From Azolla caroliniana (Eukaryota > Plantae > Polypodiophyta), in assembly GCA_043228905.1 (NCBI GenBank), contig JBHGNT010000005.1:7130001-7194000 (forward strand): a DNA stretch of 64,000 nucleotides. The letters are read 5' to 3'. Below the pieces are notes generated by a model. It saw only the letters and a program-made list of their open reading frames with translations. It was not told the origin of the DNA and did not search any database. The position numbers and the translations under genes were made by a program. Shown here piece after piece: positions 29,501-41,726 of this stretch (position 1 is the first letter of the stretch; each line of letters begins with the position of its first letter).

Positions 29501-31111
29501 TAGGATCTTTGTCTTGAAAACTAGAACTGACATTATATTCTTTATGAGTTATTGGCTAAAGTGCAACATTACACGCTAAAAAGTCTTGTTTCCAATCTCT
29601 CTCTCTCTCTCTAAACCTAGTATTTCCATTGGTCCTCTTGGCAATGACTCAGATGTCATCATGATGATGCGTGCAACTGACAGTCAGCATAAAAGTGGAT
29701 GATGGAAACTCAAGAAACCACCACTACCTGACACACTCATTTACTCCAGTTATGGTTTCCTGCTCATAATTTTGGAAGGCTGTTTTGACTATTTTGCTTT
29801 ATTTGCATGTAAAAAGTCATCATAGCAACATTGACATTCTTCTTTATGTGTACTTTTAAGGCAAATATAGATACCTCCTGGTCATTCCGTTGTCATTTTT
29901 TTGTTTTAGATGGAGGTTTCCTACCATACATAAAATGTATCACAAAAACATGATGGTGACATTGAGAATCTTTGACTAAGTGTGGGAGCCTGAGCGGTGC
30001 CTGTGAATTTGGATGTCAATGGAATACGAGCTATGAATTCTTCCATTAGCTGTTATCTACTTATATGCTTTTACAAAAGCATATCATCATATTCTAAAGT
30101 GTTCTTATGTATGTTGGATTAGGGGGTAGTTGCGCACTTGCCATAGAGTATAAATCAGAGAATATAAGTTCATAAATCCATTAGCTATTACCAGTTACAA
30201 ATTTACATTTCCTAGATTCTCGGGTGATTCAAGGCTTGCCAGATGCTCTTTCTTATGTTCATCCATATTATCAAAATACAGATAGGCATGGCCCAATACT
30301 TAGAACTAGAAGACTTCAAAGTTGAGGTGCCCATCTTCCAAAATTTCCATATAAATTTCAAAGGTTTATATATTGCTGAAGTTATCATATGGTGAATAAT
30401 GAGGAGTCTGTAATTAGCACTCAGAGCAATCCAATATACTTTAATACAGACAAATATAACAGATCCTTCCAGAATCCATTTAATGATGTTGATAAACTAA
30501 GTACATTTACTAAAGAATTGCAAGGTGGAGCAGCACAAACTAAAAGCATAAACTGTACTAGCCTTATCATTGGAAAGTAACTTGCATTATTCTGTTAAAT
30601 GATGACATTTTAACCTTTCTCTTTATCCATTAGAATGGGATATACCAGTACAGATTGATCCATATAACAATGTATTCATTCCTCAAAGCATCTTATATAT
30701 ACCAAATTGCACATTAAGGGAAATTATTGTTAAATGTTCTGAGACACATTAGACGTTGTGTGACCTTGATAGCATTGTATAAATTTTTTAGTGGTAGGTG
30801 GCATTTTATTTCAAAATTTGTCTGTAATACTCCTGCAATACTATATTATTCCTTTAATGATATTCTTTTGTATTTCAGGGCCTCTACAGCATGAAGAGCC
30901 TCATTATGAGCATGCCATTGTTGATAATGCTGAAGATGGTTTAGAGGTTGAGGATGATGATGATGACTTTGATGAGGAGGGATATGAAAGCTTCGAAGAT
31001 GAGAAATCAAATGATCATGGAGGTTTTGATGATCTAGAGTTTCATGTGTACGATCAGAAATCGACTTTAAAGGCCTTGTCAGGAAATAGAACTCCGTCCC
31101 AAATACAATGA
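23532..31111 (+). CDS. Pentatricopeptide-repeat protein, At4g21190/EMB1417-like, probably organelle-targeted
   Basis: Exons 23532-23764, 24780-24852, 25545-25643, 25776-25919, 26277-26489, 26741-26960, 30879-31111. Motifs [52 protein letters not shown] and VFADLEEL match the family. S/R-rich transit-peptide-like N-terminus and acidic C-terminus. Confidence 0.9.
27935..28237. mobile_element. hAT-type MITE
   Basis: Perfect 16-bp TIR TAGGAATCGGCAACGG / CCGTTGCCGATTCCTA. 8-bp TSD CTCGCTAT (27927-27934 and 28238-28245). AAACC/GGTTT-rich interior. Confidence 0.92.
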
Positions 31112-31899
31112 GCATTTCAAAATTCGGAATGATGGGTTGAAGTTGTAACTTTTATGGTTGATAGATTCTTCGAATGCATGGAATTTATCAATACTAGAAA
31201 GAAATGATATAGTCATATTCATGGAATTTACATTAGTGAAAAAAAAATGTACAGTAATAGTTTTGGGCGATTAGATATAGATCTCAGAATCTGTCTTCAC
31301 TGTATTATTGGCAGACACTGGCAATCAAATTTCATTTTGCTTATTTTTCAAGTGATTTGTTTTGTAGAGATTGTTGAGATTCCTTCACCAGTTATTTGTC
31401 TTTACTGATGTTTCATCTATTTGTTCCTATCCTTAAATAAACAAACCCTAGCTGATGTCATGTCATGTGTTATAGAGTTGATTTTGGGATTGAATTAATG
31501 GTGTGCACAATTTTCATACATCTGAAATTCAAAACTTCAGCAAAGTAAGCATCTTGAGTCCACACAAACATTTTTTGGGATGTTTTCAGTCTCTTAAGTG
31601 GTGTGTAACCCTGCTTTTCCGATTGTGCTTTATTTTCATCCTTGATGTTTCTTTTTTTAGCTTCTTAATTGTGCTGATAATATTAAATTTTTATTATTTC
31701 AATAGATTTACACTGTGATCATCCATGTTTATGCACTTCACTCATGTGATCTCAATAAGCTTTTGTCTTTTGACACACCATTAGACTTGAAAATGTTATT
31801 TAAACAAAACCCTGTATGTGTTTATTCCTTCTCTAGTCAAAGCAATCATTTTCAAGGCGTTGCTAATTAGGCTTCATATGCTATCTTTAGTAAGAAAGA

Positions 31900-34800
31900 G
31901 AAACATGAGTTGAAGTATGTTAGGTCAATGGCAACACAAATTTGTGGCTTGTCTAACCATTATCTTTTCTAACATGGAAAGGTTAAATAGACCTTGTAAG
32001 GTTTTAGAAGGTGGAGTTGCCAACAAGATTAAATTCTTGTCCCTTACTTTGGATATGCTCTTGACTGTGCGTCTTTTTCATGAAAAACTTTCAACATGGT
32101 CTTGAGATATCTTAGAGTTAAAATGGCATAGAGAGGATAAGCTACAAAATATTAACCATAACCTTTCCAATATTCACCAACACATCACCATTAAATTTTT
32201 TCAGGGACAAGGAGGGATGATGAACATGGACACACTTGCACCATTTAGACTCTCCTTCATTGAAGTAGAAACCAAACACCCTTCAACATTAGGCTTCAAA
32301 TTCACTCATCATGTAGAAGCAATTAAGAAGACAAGGGAACGTGAGTTGCCCTGCCTTGGCGCTATGGAGGGGATACCATTTACATTGAGACCATGGGCCA
32401 CACCTCCATCAAAACTTTTGAACCCCCCGATCCTTTTTGAGAGACTTAGATGGAAATTAAACTAGTCTCTCAACACATAGACATTTCCTTTATAGAACAT
32501 GCTACACCCCATAACGTTTTTTTTTGTACCATGCTCAAATTCTTTTATTTATGTTTTTTATTTTTTATTTTCGATGATTGGGTACACATACCCATTATTG
32601 TAATCAACTGTCTCATCAGCCAAGTTTGGTCTTAGAAGATGTTGATATATCTTTCTATCTTTCTTTCTTGAAATTGTCATGACCATTGTGTAGAATGTCC
32701 AAAAAGTCTAAATGGAAACCAAACTTCTTTTCCAAAAGTATTGTTGTATAATCCTAGCCACACAATGTCTTCTATACACACATCTCACTATCCTAAACCC
32801 ATAAATATACCACAACATATGAAATGTGACGAAACACAAATGAATGAAATATTATATTACCATGTAGTTTGTTATATATATGCCTGAAAAACATTTTTGA
32901 GTTATTGGTTAACTTGTTAACTTTGTGTTACGGGCATGACCATATAATATCCACGTGTATAGAATACTACGACAATTCTCACCACGGGATATTATATGGT
33001 CATGCCCGTAGGCCAAGTGTGAACATGGCTGGGGGCCTTGAGAATTACTATAAATAAGAGGCCTAGCTACCCTCATTTGGGTTGTCTCAATCCCGAGGAT
33101 TAAAAGTAATTCTCCCCTTCTTTAGACTCTTTGTTTAACCCTCACACTTATCCACGTGTATAGAATACTACGACAATTCTCACCACGGGATATTATATGG
33201 TCATGCCCGTAACACTTTGTCCATACGTCTAGGATGATCATGCCAAAACTAAAAGTAGTCATAGGTTTTTGGAACATTACATGCAACAAGTGGCATGTAA
33301 ACTTGGGGTTGACACGACATACTATAACAACTAGAAACATGTACAATTATATATTTTATCCACCAAAACCATAGCCAATTGGGGAGTTGTAAACATGTTT
33401 CTTTGTGTGAATAAATTTGAGCATCTTAGTCGAATGATCCAATACAATACAAGAAGGATTACAACCTTTATAGATACATGGTAACCCTAGCATAAAATTG
33501 ATGGGTATGATTTCCATCTTTGCTTGGAATTTTCTAGTATTGTCAATAGTTAATTAACTTTACAACATTATACTTTAGTATTGGGACAGAATTTTGAATA
33601 TCTTCATGCAAGTACCGAGCATTAAAAAGTCATTATGACTAAATTAAATGCTTGATGCAGCTGATGCTTAACTAGTTACCCTATTCATGTCACTCCATGA
33701 CATTCATTAATAATAGTAACATTAACTTGGTTTCACGAAAAACATATATGTAATACAACCTTTGTGGTGGAGATACTCATCATCCAAGACCTTTGTTTTC
33801 CAAGGATATTGTGAATAATGTGTGTGGTATGCATTCATAGCAAGGAAATCCATTATTTTACGATATTGAACATTGTCTATATAAACTGCAAAATTGATTG
33901 CTCTTTGGACTTATATTTGGTTTCCATGATACATGATACATGAACCACATGGATCTTGTTCAATGCATCAACACATACGTCTCCCTTTATGGTAACGTAT
34001 GTGAAGATAATCAAGTCATTGAGTTTTTAATTCCTTCCCATTGGACATTATATCATAGAGAAGGATTAAAAGAAGCCCCTTCATAGTGCAAGAGGAGAGA
34101 GAGAGAGAAGAGAACAATATCAAGGAAAAATAGATTTCATATACCTTTGTAGGGGAGCAACCTCTCAAAATATTGATGTCCATTGAAGAGAATTTCATTT
34201 TACAAGCTTCACTCAAATATATGCTCTTAAACTTCATAGTTATACCCCTTCATGATTGGTTAAGGTTTCCAAGGGTCACACCATATTATATGAAAATTAA
34301 AGAACAAACATCTTGAGATATGAAACATGAGCCCCTTAGGCCCACAATAGGTTCAAAGTGTATGTCTTATCTCACTAGAACCAATCGATATGACTATCTC
34401 AAAACCAATATGTGGATTCAATAGTCTCTTTGTCGCAATCCTACCAAGTCTCTTAAACAAAGTCAACATGTGGGTACAAGATGTTCTATAGTTGTACATT
34501 ATATTTCACTTGAATTGCTTGGAAAACCGTGGACTCATTTTGAGAAACGAGCATCATTAACAACACAATGACATGTGAATAATAGAGTCTTGTACCGATC
34601 ATATTTGTCAATAGATAGAATGTAGCCATAAACATGTCTTATTACATACATATACATAGGTATACTTTCTTGAAGTCAATTGAGCTAAGTATAAGGTCCT
34701 TAATATGCATAGATAGGCCCATTGATGTATATGGTTATGCATACATTCATAAGAATATGGGCACAAAGTGGGAATGGCAGATAATAAAGGGGTATAATAG

Positions 34801-35200
34801 AAAGCTCTTTTTGGCCTCCAAAAACGTCTCTACCCATAAAAAGGTCCTAGTCCATGGATTGATATTTTTCCATGTAGGGAAGGGAAAATGATATCATGTT
34901 TCATCAAAAGGTTTCATATGCACTTGAAACATCTCAATTTGACAAACTATAGGCCCATTAAGGTATACTCAAGTGTATACTTGTTACAATATGGGCATTG
35001 TACATGTATTTGGTAGTGCACATATGGGGCTTGAACGACATAATTGAGTTGACTACGTTGTTGTCCATCTCTCAAGGCATTTGTGCAACCTCAGGACAAT
35101 TGCAAACCGGCGATTGAACATATGTTGAATTTCTAGTATAATCCATCACAATCGCATATGAATGATCCAAAGGGTTCGAAATACATATCACAAGTCTATC
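31900..35200 (-). mobile_element. Degenerate Ty3/Gypsy pol remnant
   Basis: Minus strand near 33480-33520 reads MEIIPINFMLGL, a decayed integrase W..ISMDFI.GLP motif. No intact ORF; boundaries approximate. Confidence 0.5.
32926..33214. mobile_element. 289-bp solo-LTR-like insertion with 27-bp terminal inverted repeats
   Basis: TG...CA ends, 5-bp TSD CTTTG (32921-32925 and 33215-33219), TATA-like CTATAAATA near 33049. Confidence 0.85.
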
Positions 35201-35712
35201 ATTGTCATAAAACATACATATATTTACGAGATATATGGAAAGGAATATAATCTAAAATTACATAACATGCTCATTTGGTAAAGAGCTTGACGGACTCGCC
35301 CGCCAAGAAGCTCATTTCATTAAAAAATAAAAAATAAAAACTTGTAACATATGTGAAAGCAAAGGAGCCGATTTTCAAAGATGAAGCTCAATCACGCAAA
35401 GGTATTTAATTATAGGGCTTCAAACCTGAAGGCTTTTGAGGATCGGGGATACGAGTTTTAAGGCTTAATGCATGCTTGGAGGTGTAGGGTTTGCAATCCT
35501 GAAACGGGCCTCGCCTCGACAGCAAAGCCTTTCGTTCCAAAACCTACAGAAGAAGGAAGACTCGTAGCGATGCGGGTTAGGGGCACCAGTGAAATTTAGG
35601 AAAAGTTAGGCTTGAAATTGAAATGAATAGATATGTACATAGATAATAGGCTAATAGAGTGATGAGTAGAACACATTAGAATTAGAAGAAAGAGTTCAGT
35701 AACAAAGGGGGG

Positions 35713-35899
35713 ATGGAAGGATTGCATGAAGAAGAAGAAGAAGAAGAAGAAGGCCAAGGAACAGGGGCGCATGGACCCAATGATGGAAACCATGAATCGA
35801 GCCAAGACAATGCCAACAGAGAGGAGAAAGCAAGTAGAGATGCAGATGCAGGAACACAGGTAAGAACAAGGGGGAACACTAATGAAGAAGAAGAAGAAG

Positions 35900-35930
<31 letters not shown>

Positions 35931-38900
35931 CGATGATGATGAAGAAGATGATGATGATGATGGCGGTGGTGGTGAAGAAGAAGAAGAGGAGGAGGAGGAG
36001 GATGACAACGATAACGATGATGATGAACAAGTGAAGGAAGGAATTTTGTTCCGATTGGGAGGTAAGATCGATCCCCTTGCTTTAGCAGAAGAAGAGCTTT
36101 CAGGTATTCAACCTTATCAGCAATTTGAGCGACTCGAATATGAAGCTCTCGCTGCTCAGAAGAGGAAACGAGCCCTCCTTCAGAAGAAAAATACACAAGA
36201 GCAAAGCGGATCGAAAAGCAAAGGCTTGTTTGGTGTCGATGTTGATGACATTCTACAAATATCAAAGAATCCAAGTAAAGTTTCGTGAAATAAGATTTCG
36301 GTTTACTTCATTTTCTCACGTGTTTTGTATTTTGAATTCCATACATGCATGAAAATCTGATGAACTATTACTCTTCACTTCTGTTTGTTTATTGCTTTTA
36401 ATATACATACATACATTGAAAAACAGAAAGATAACGGATTTGTCTTCACATACATGTTTTGCTTTCAAAAAGTGTAAAAAGTTACACCGTTTATGAACAA
36501 CAAACCAAATTACTGGTTAAATTTGAGATATTTTCTGGCGGCATTAACTCTGATCTTACTTTCGTGTGTATAAAAATCTCGTAAAAATATAGTTTTATGA
36601 AGAGAAACATATAAAGCATTACTGGTTTAGATAGATTGTTTTTGTGTTGTTAGCCAGTAAAAATATACTATATTGCTGTTCATTGTGTTGGATTTGGTCC
36701 TTACATTATTGCTTAATATGTCATTTAGTATTATCTTCAGGAGCGAAAGATTTAGGGATCAACACTATCTTAATGGGTTTTCTGTATAGGCATGGATCCT
36801 GATCCATCAACACTTGATGCAATATGGGAGGGTTTCGGATATGGCATCCGTCGTGGTCGGAAACGGAAGCGGAAACAAAGGAAACAGAAACGGAAATCAG
36901 ATCCCGAGATCACAAAGAAGCTTGGTGAAGCGAATCTTCTTTATGCCATGGGTCAATATGAACAAGCCTTGCACCTTCTACAAGAAGTTATTTGTTTGGT
37001 GCCCAACATGCCTGAACCCTATCATACAATGGGTCTAATTTATAACTCTATGGGAAATAGGAAGAAAGCCATAAGCTTCTATATGCTAGCAGCACATCTA
37101 AGGCCAAAGGATGTATCTCTTTGGAAGAGACTCACGGCATGGTCTTTGGAGGAAGGGCTAAGCACAGGGCAAGCGATTTATTGCCTTAAGAGGGCTATGA
37201 AAGCTGATCAAGAGGATGTTCTTGTCAAGCTAGAACTTGCATCCTTCTACGCCGAGCTGAAGGAATACACTAAAGCAGCAGAAACATATGATGCCATTTT
37301 AGCTCTTCATCCCACTGATGTGGAAGTATGCAAGATGGCAGCCCAAATGCGTGTAAAGAGTGGGCGAACAGATGAAGCAATCAACACTCTTCGGAAGATG
37401 ATAGATGAACATCCGACAGAGGCCGACTTGACGGTAGTAAATCTGTTAGCTGATTTATACATGGAGAAGAGAGATTTCTCCTCTTCAATCTCATGCCTTG
37501 AAGACGCCCGGAGGCTTTACTGTGCTGGTCAAGGGCTTTCTGTTGATCTGGCAGTAAAAGCTGGGATTTGTCATGCACATCTTGGCAACGATGAGGTGGC
37601 AAAAGAATATTTTCTAGCTTTAGGGAAAGAATTGGCTGAGGAGTTCCCAGACCTTATCATGCAAGTTGCCGATACATACAATGAGCTTAAAAACCACCCA
37701 ATTGCACTTGTATATTATTCGATGCTAGAAGGAATCACAGCCTGTCAGAATAAAGTCTTGTGGGCAAAGATGGCTGAGTGCCACCTAGCAATGAAGGAAG
37801 GTATAAAGGCAATTAGTTTGTATCACAAAGCACTGATGGATACCCCAGATGATGTACAATTGCGTTTAACACTTGCATCAGTGCTCATTGAGATGGATAA
37901 GGTGGAAGACGCATTGGGTATACTTATCCCACCCGAGGATTCAAATCGTGAAGAACAATCTTGGTGGTCAGATGGAAAGCTTGTATTGATGCTAGCAAAG
38001 GCCTATGATTTGACAAAGAGCTATGATTTGTATCTCGATACTATTGTTCCTCTTCTCAAGACAGCATTGGAAGCCGAACTTCACAATCAAAACATAAAGG
38101 GGGGTAAGAAACGTCTCTCAAAAAGTGTTCTAGTCGCCAGAGCAAAATGGCTAGATGGGCTCAGTGATGCATTCTTTCATGTCAATCCTATAATACCGAA
38201 TAGGGAAAGAAACAAGGCTGCAAGGGCAAAGAAGGCATTAGCAAAGATAGAAGCTGAAAAAGAAGAGAAGAGAGCCGCTGTATTAGCAGCAGGTCTCGAT
38301 TGGCATAGTGAAGAGGATCTCAAACCAGATATAGTTGAGATAGAGCCAAAGCCACAACCTCTCCCAAATTTGTTTGATAAAGAAGAACATCTTGAGATGT
38401 TGATAAAGGTATGCAAGCTTCTAAGTATGAGTAAGCGGTATGGTGAGGCTTTAGAGATAATCAACCAAGGTGTGAAGATTAGCCATCCGAATGTCGTGAG
38501 TAAAAGAGCCGAATTACGAGCTCTTGGGGCCGAGGTAACTTTGAGGGCCAAAGATACAAGACATGGCTATGATTGTGTCCGTTATATGGTCCAACAACAG
38601 CCGTATAGTGTGAGTGCTTGGAACTGGTATTATCAAGCCCTTTCCAGGTTAGAGTTTAAGGTTCCAAAACACGGGAAGTTTCTATTGAGTATTCGGAATA
38701 AATATGCTGATTGTGTCCCTCCAATGATCATTTGTGGCCACCAATTCTCAATGATTAGCCAGCCTCAGGGAGCCTTGAGAGAATATTTGCAAGCATGCAA
38801 GCTGCAACCAGAAGACCCATTTATCAATCTATGTGTGGGTATCTCGCTCATCAACCTCTCTCTTGGGTTCAGATTGACAAATCGAAATCAGTGCGTCCTG

Positions 38901-39242
38901 CAAGGGTTTGCATTTTTGCATAAGTATCAGAAACTTTGTGAGCATAGCCAAGAATCCAACTATAACCTCGCAAGAGCCTATCATCACATCGGGTTTGTAA
39001 CTATAGCTGTACATTACTATGAGAAGGTACTTTCATATTACGAGAAGCACTCGACAGTGAATGTGTCAAACGATTCATATGTTATGTCCGGCAGTGCAGA
39101 CGAGGTGATGGCAACCGGTAATGAGATTGAGGGGGTTTGTGACTTGCGCCGAGAGGCTGCATACAACTTGCACTTGATCTATAAAAAGAGTGGTGCGGTC
39201 CATCTTGCAAGGCATCTGTTGCAAGATTATTGCTCTATTTAG
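35713..39242 (+). CDS. GTF3C3: General transcription factor IIIC subunit 3 (TFIIIC102/TFC4), TPR protein
   Basis: Exons 35713-36274 and 36790-39242 (phase-1 join giving ...NPS-MDP). Acidic N-terminus, PYQQFERLEYEALA, LGEANLLYAMGQYEQA, multiple TPRs, C-terminal YNLARAYHHIG and CDLRREAAYNLHLIYKKSGA. Confidence 0.92.
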
Positions 39243-39769
39243 AACCTTATCCAAATAGATTGCTACGGCAATGGAGAGAAAGCTTGTTCTTTTTTGCCAC
39301 AATCTATTTGTGAGGATATGAACTAAAGATGGAAAATATTCATTGTAAAAGATATACATTACATGATGATTATAGTGATGTTCTTTTAACAAAAAATGAT
39401 ATCAACCTAGGGCCATCGTGTGAAAATATTTTATTAAATTGTACAATACAGAATAGCCTACTTAGATTATAGCACAAAGTGGTGATGCTAAAGAGACAGG
39501 TAATATGCATCATGTTCACTTATTAAACACGTTTGAATCACAATAATATTACTGATACTGAATTCAAACTCTTTATAATAGAACAACTGATAAAGAGCCC
39601 AGAAAGATGAATATTGATATATAGATAAAAGAACTTTAGCTTCCATAGAGGTGGTCAATATTGATCAATGGGACTTTGATATATACAAATTTTCTTGATC
39701 TCTTTCCTAAGAAGGAATATATATACTTGGAAGTAGGAAATACAAAGTTTCTACGCAGGCATACATATA

Positions 39770-40030
39770 TAAAAATCTTCTAGGTGATCTCTCAAGTATG
39801 ATACTCTAAAGTTTTTTGTCTCCTCTTAATATGTCATCATAGATTTCTTGAATTTCATTATATGCCAAGCCTGTAAAAAGCAAGTGTATTCATCCTCTAG
39901 GCCTTCATCACACACCTTACAAGCCTTTATATTTGACATATTTTGATGCCATAATCCAACTTCAATACCTAGCTTGTATGATTTGAGTGCAAAAGAGTAT
40001 GATCTACAAGAGCTAGTACTCATGTTGGTA
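39770..40030 (-). mobile_element. RTEX-like LINE 3' remnant
   Basis: SYKLGIEVGLW...ACKVCDEGLEDEY matches the SHxLxIExGR..CxxC..EDE zinc-finger motif also seen at 54073-54552. Confidence 0.55.
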
Positions 40031-40839
40031 ATGAGATGAATTGATTATTGGAAAGGTGGTTTTAAAAGATGCAAACTCATCCAAAACTTCAATATGCTGG
40101 AGAATTATCACTTACACACTCACATACGAATAAAGTTGTGGTTGGGAATGAGACAACATTGTCTTTAAAAATAAAGTGCACATATCATAACACTTACTTT
40201 TGCAAACATCATTCAATGGAAAATAAGTTTAAAACCTTTTTGGAGGGAGGAACATACGATAACATACTTGAGAAAGGGATGAGATTGTGTATAAATGAGG
40301 AACATGAATTCTTACTAAAAAGAATCAGGTAAATCAAAATATAGACTATAGTGAAACTGGTAAACGAATGATGAAAGGTAAATGAAAATGAAAACTCTCA
40401 AAAATGGTGAAGAGCTTCAATATTACATGGTGGTCGCAAATACATATATAGCTCACATAAAAAAGAGAAGTGCTTAAACAATATTCTCATAAGCATGCAA
40501 TTAACAGCTATAAAACTTGCCCACAAAACTGAATTCTGAATTCGACCATGTCCAATGTTTCGTATCTTGTATTTCTACATTAAGTTGTCTCTTTTTCTAC
40601 AATAAATATAATACTATTTACAATTTATTCTTGTATTTCTACATTAAGTTGTCTCTTTTTCAACATAAAATTTCAGATTGCATTTCAATGTTTTTGTTCA
40701 TTTTTTGGCACGGCAAGGATTGTTAAAATTTCTGTCTAATGGTTTTCTTTGTGCATTAACAATAATCAATTCTATTACCATTTTTCAACAAGAAAACTAT
40801 ATAATTACTATCCTCCTGAAAGATATAAAGTGAGCATTT

Positions 40840-41156
40840 TCCAGCTGAATTATCTTAAAAACCAATTACAGATAATAGGTTGTCTATATCTAAAGTACAT
40901 ATAGAAGCAACACCACCCAAGTGGGGTTTTTTATTGGAATTATTAACCCAGAAAATGGGTTCCTTTCTATAGAAATTGCAAACTCAAATAATAATAATCC
41001 AGCTGAATTATCTTAAAAACCAATTACAGATAATAGGTTGTCTATATCTAAAGTACAAATAGAAGCAACGTCACCCAAGTGGGGGTTTTTTATTGGAATT
41101 ACTAACCCAGAAAATGGGTTCCTTTCTATAAGAACTGCAAACTCAAATAATAATAA
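40840..41156. repeat. Tandem duplication of ~158 bp
   Basis: tccagctgaattatcttaaaaaccaattacag...caaactcaaataataataa occurs at 40840 and 40998. Confidence 0.85.
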
Positions 41157-41726
41157 CCGTAGGTTCTCTTACTCCACATTACTTAGGGGTGGTGCTTGGC
41201 CCTAAGTTTATAAGCAACAAAATAAACATCTTACTTTGCATTCACATCTTGAAACAACGAACATCAGGATATCTGAGGGGTGATGTGGACACCTGCATTA
41301 TGTGTACGTTACTTCGATATTGGCATATGTCTACCTATATCTATACAAAACTCAACGTAATAAAGAAGATGTTTAATATATTGATTGTGCATATCATGCA
41401 AAAACAACAAATTTAGTCTTACAATTTTACATTCAAGTGCCAATAAAAAATATCAATGGTAGTAGCAGCATTCCATCGACCTATTACATTGGCTTGTGAA
41501 CTCAACCAATCTCTCTTAATATTCGAACTTTGGTTTGTTTATCTTATACATTGACTGGTGGAATTCACTATATGGTGTGAGGTCTTTTATGTAATCATAT
41601 ATCCTTCATGTTGCAATCAAGTAAAGAGATTCTTTACCATTAGAATCAGAACATACATAATCATGAGATGATTCATGATTTCCAAACACGTGCACATATA
41701 CATACATATATATATATATATATATC

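Noticed and set aside
35596-36274. Poly-S, poly-H and poly-I minus-strand ORFs
   Set aside because: Antisense shadows of the GAT/GAA acidic tract in GTF3C3 exon 1.
38177-38551. 124-aa antisense ORF within GTF3C3
   Set aside because: Codon-mirror shadow of the sense ORF with no independent support.
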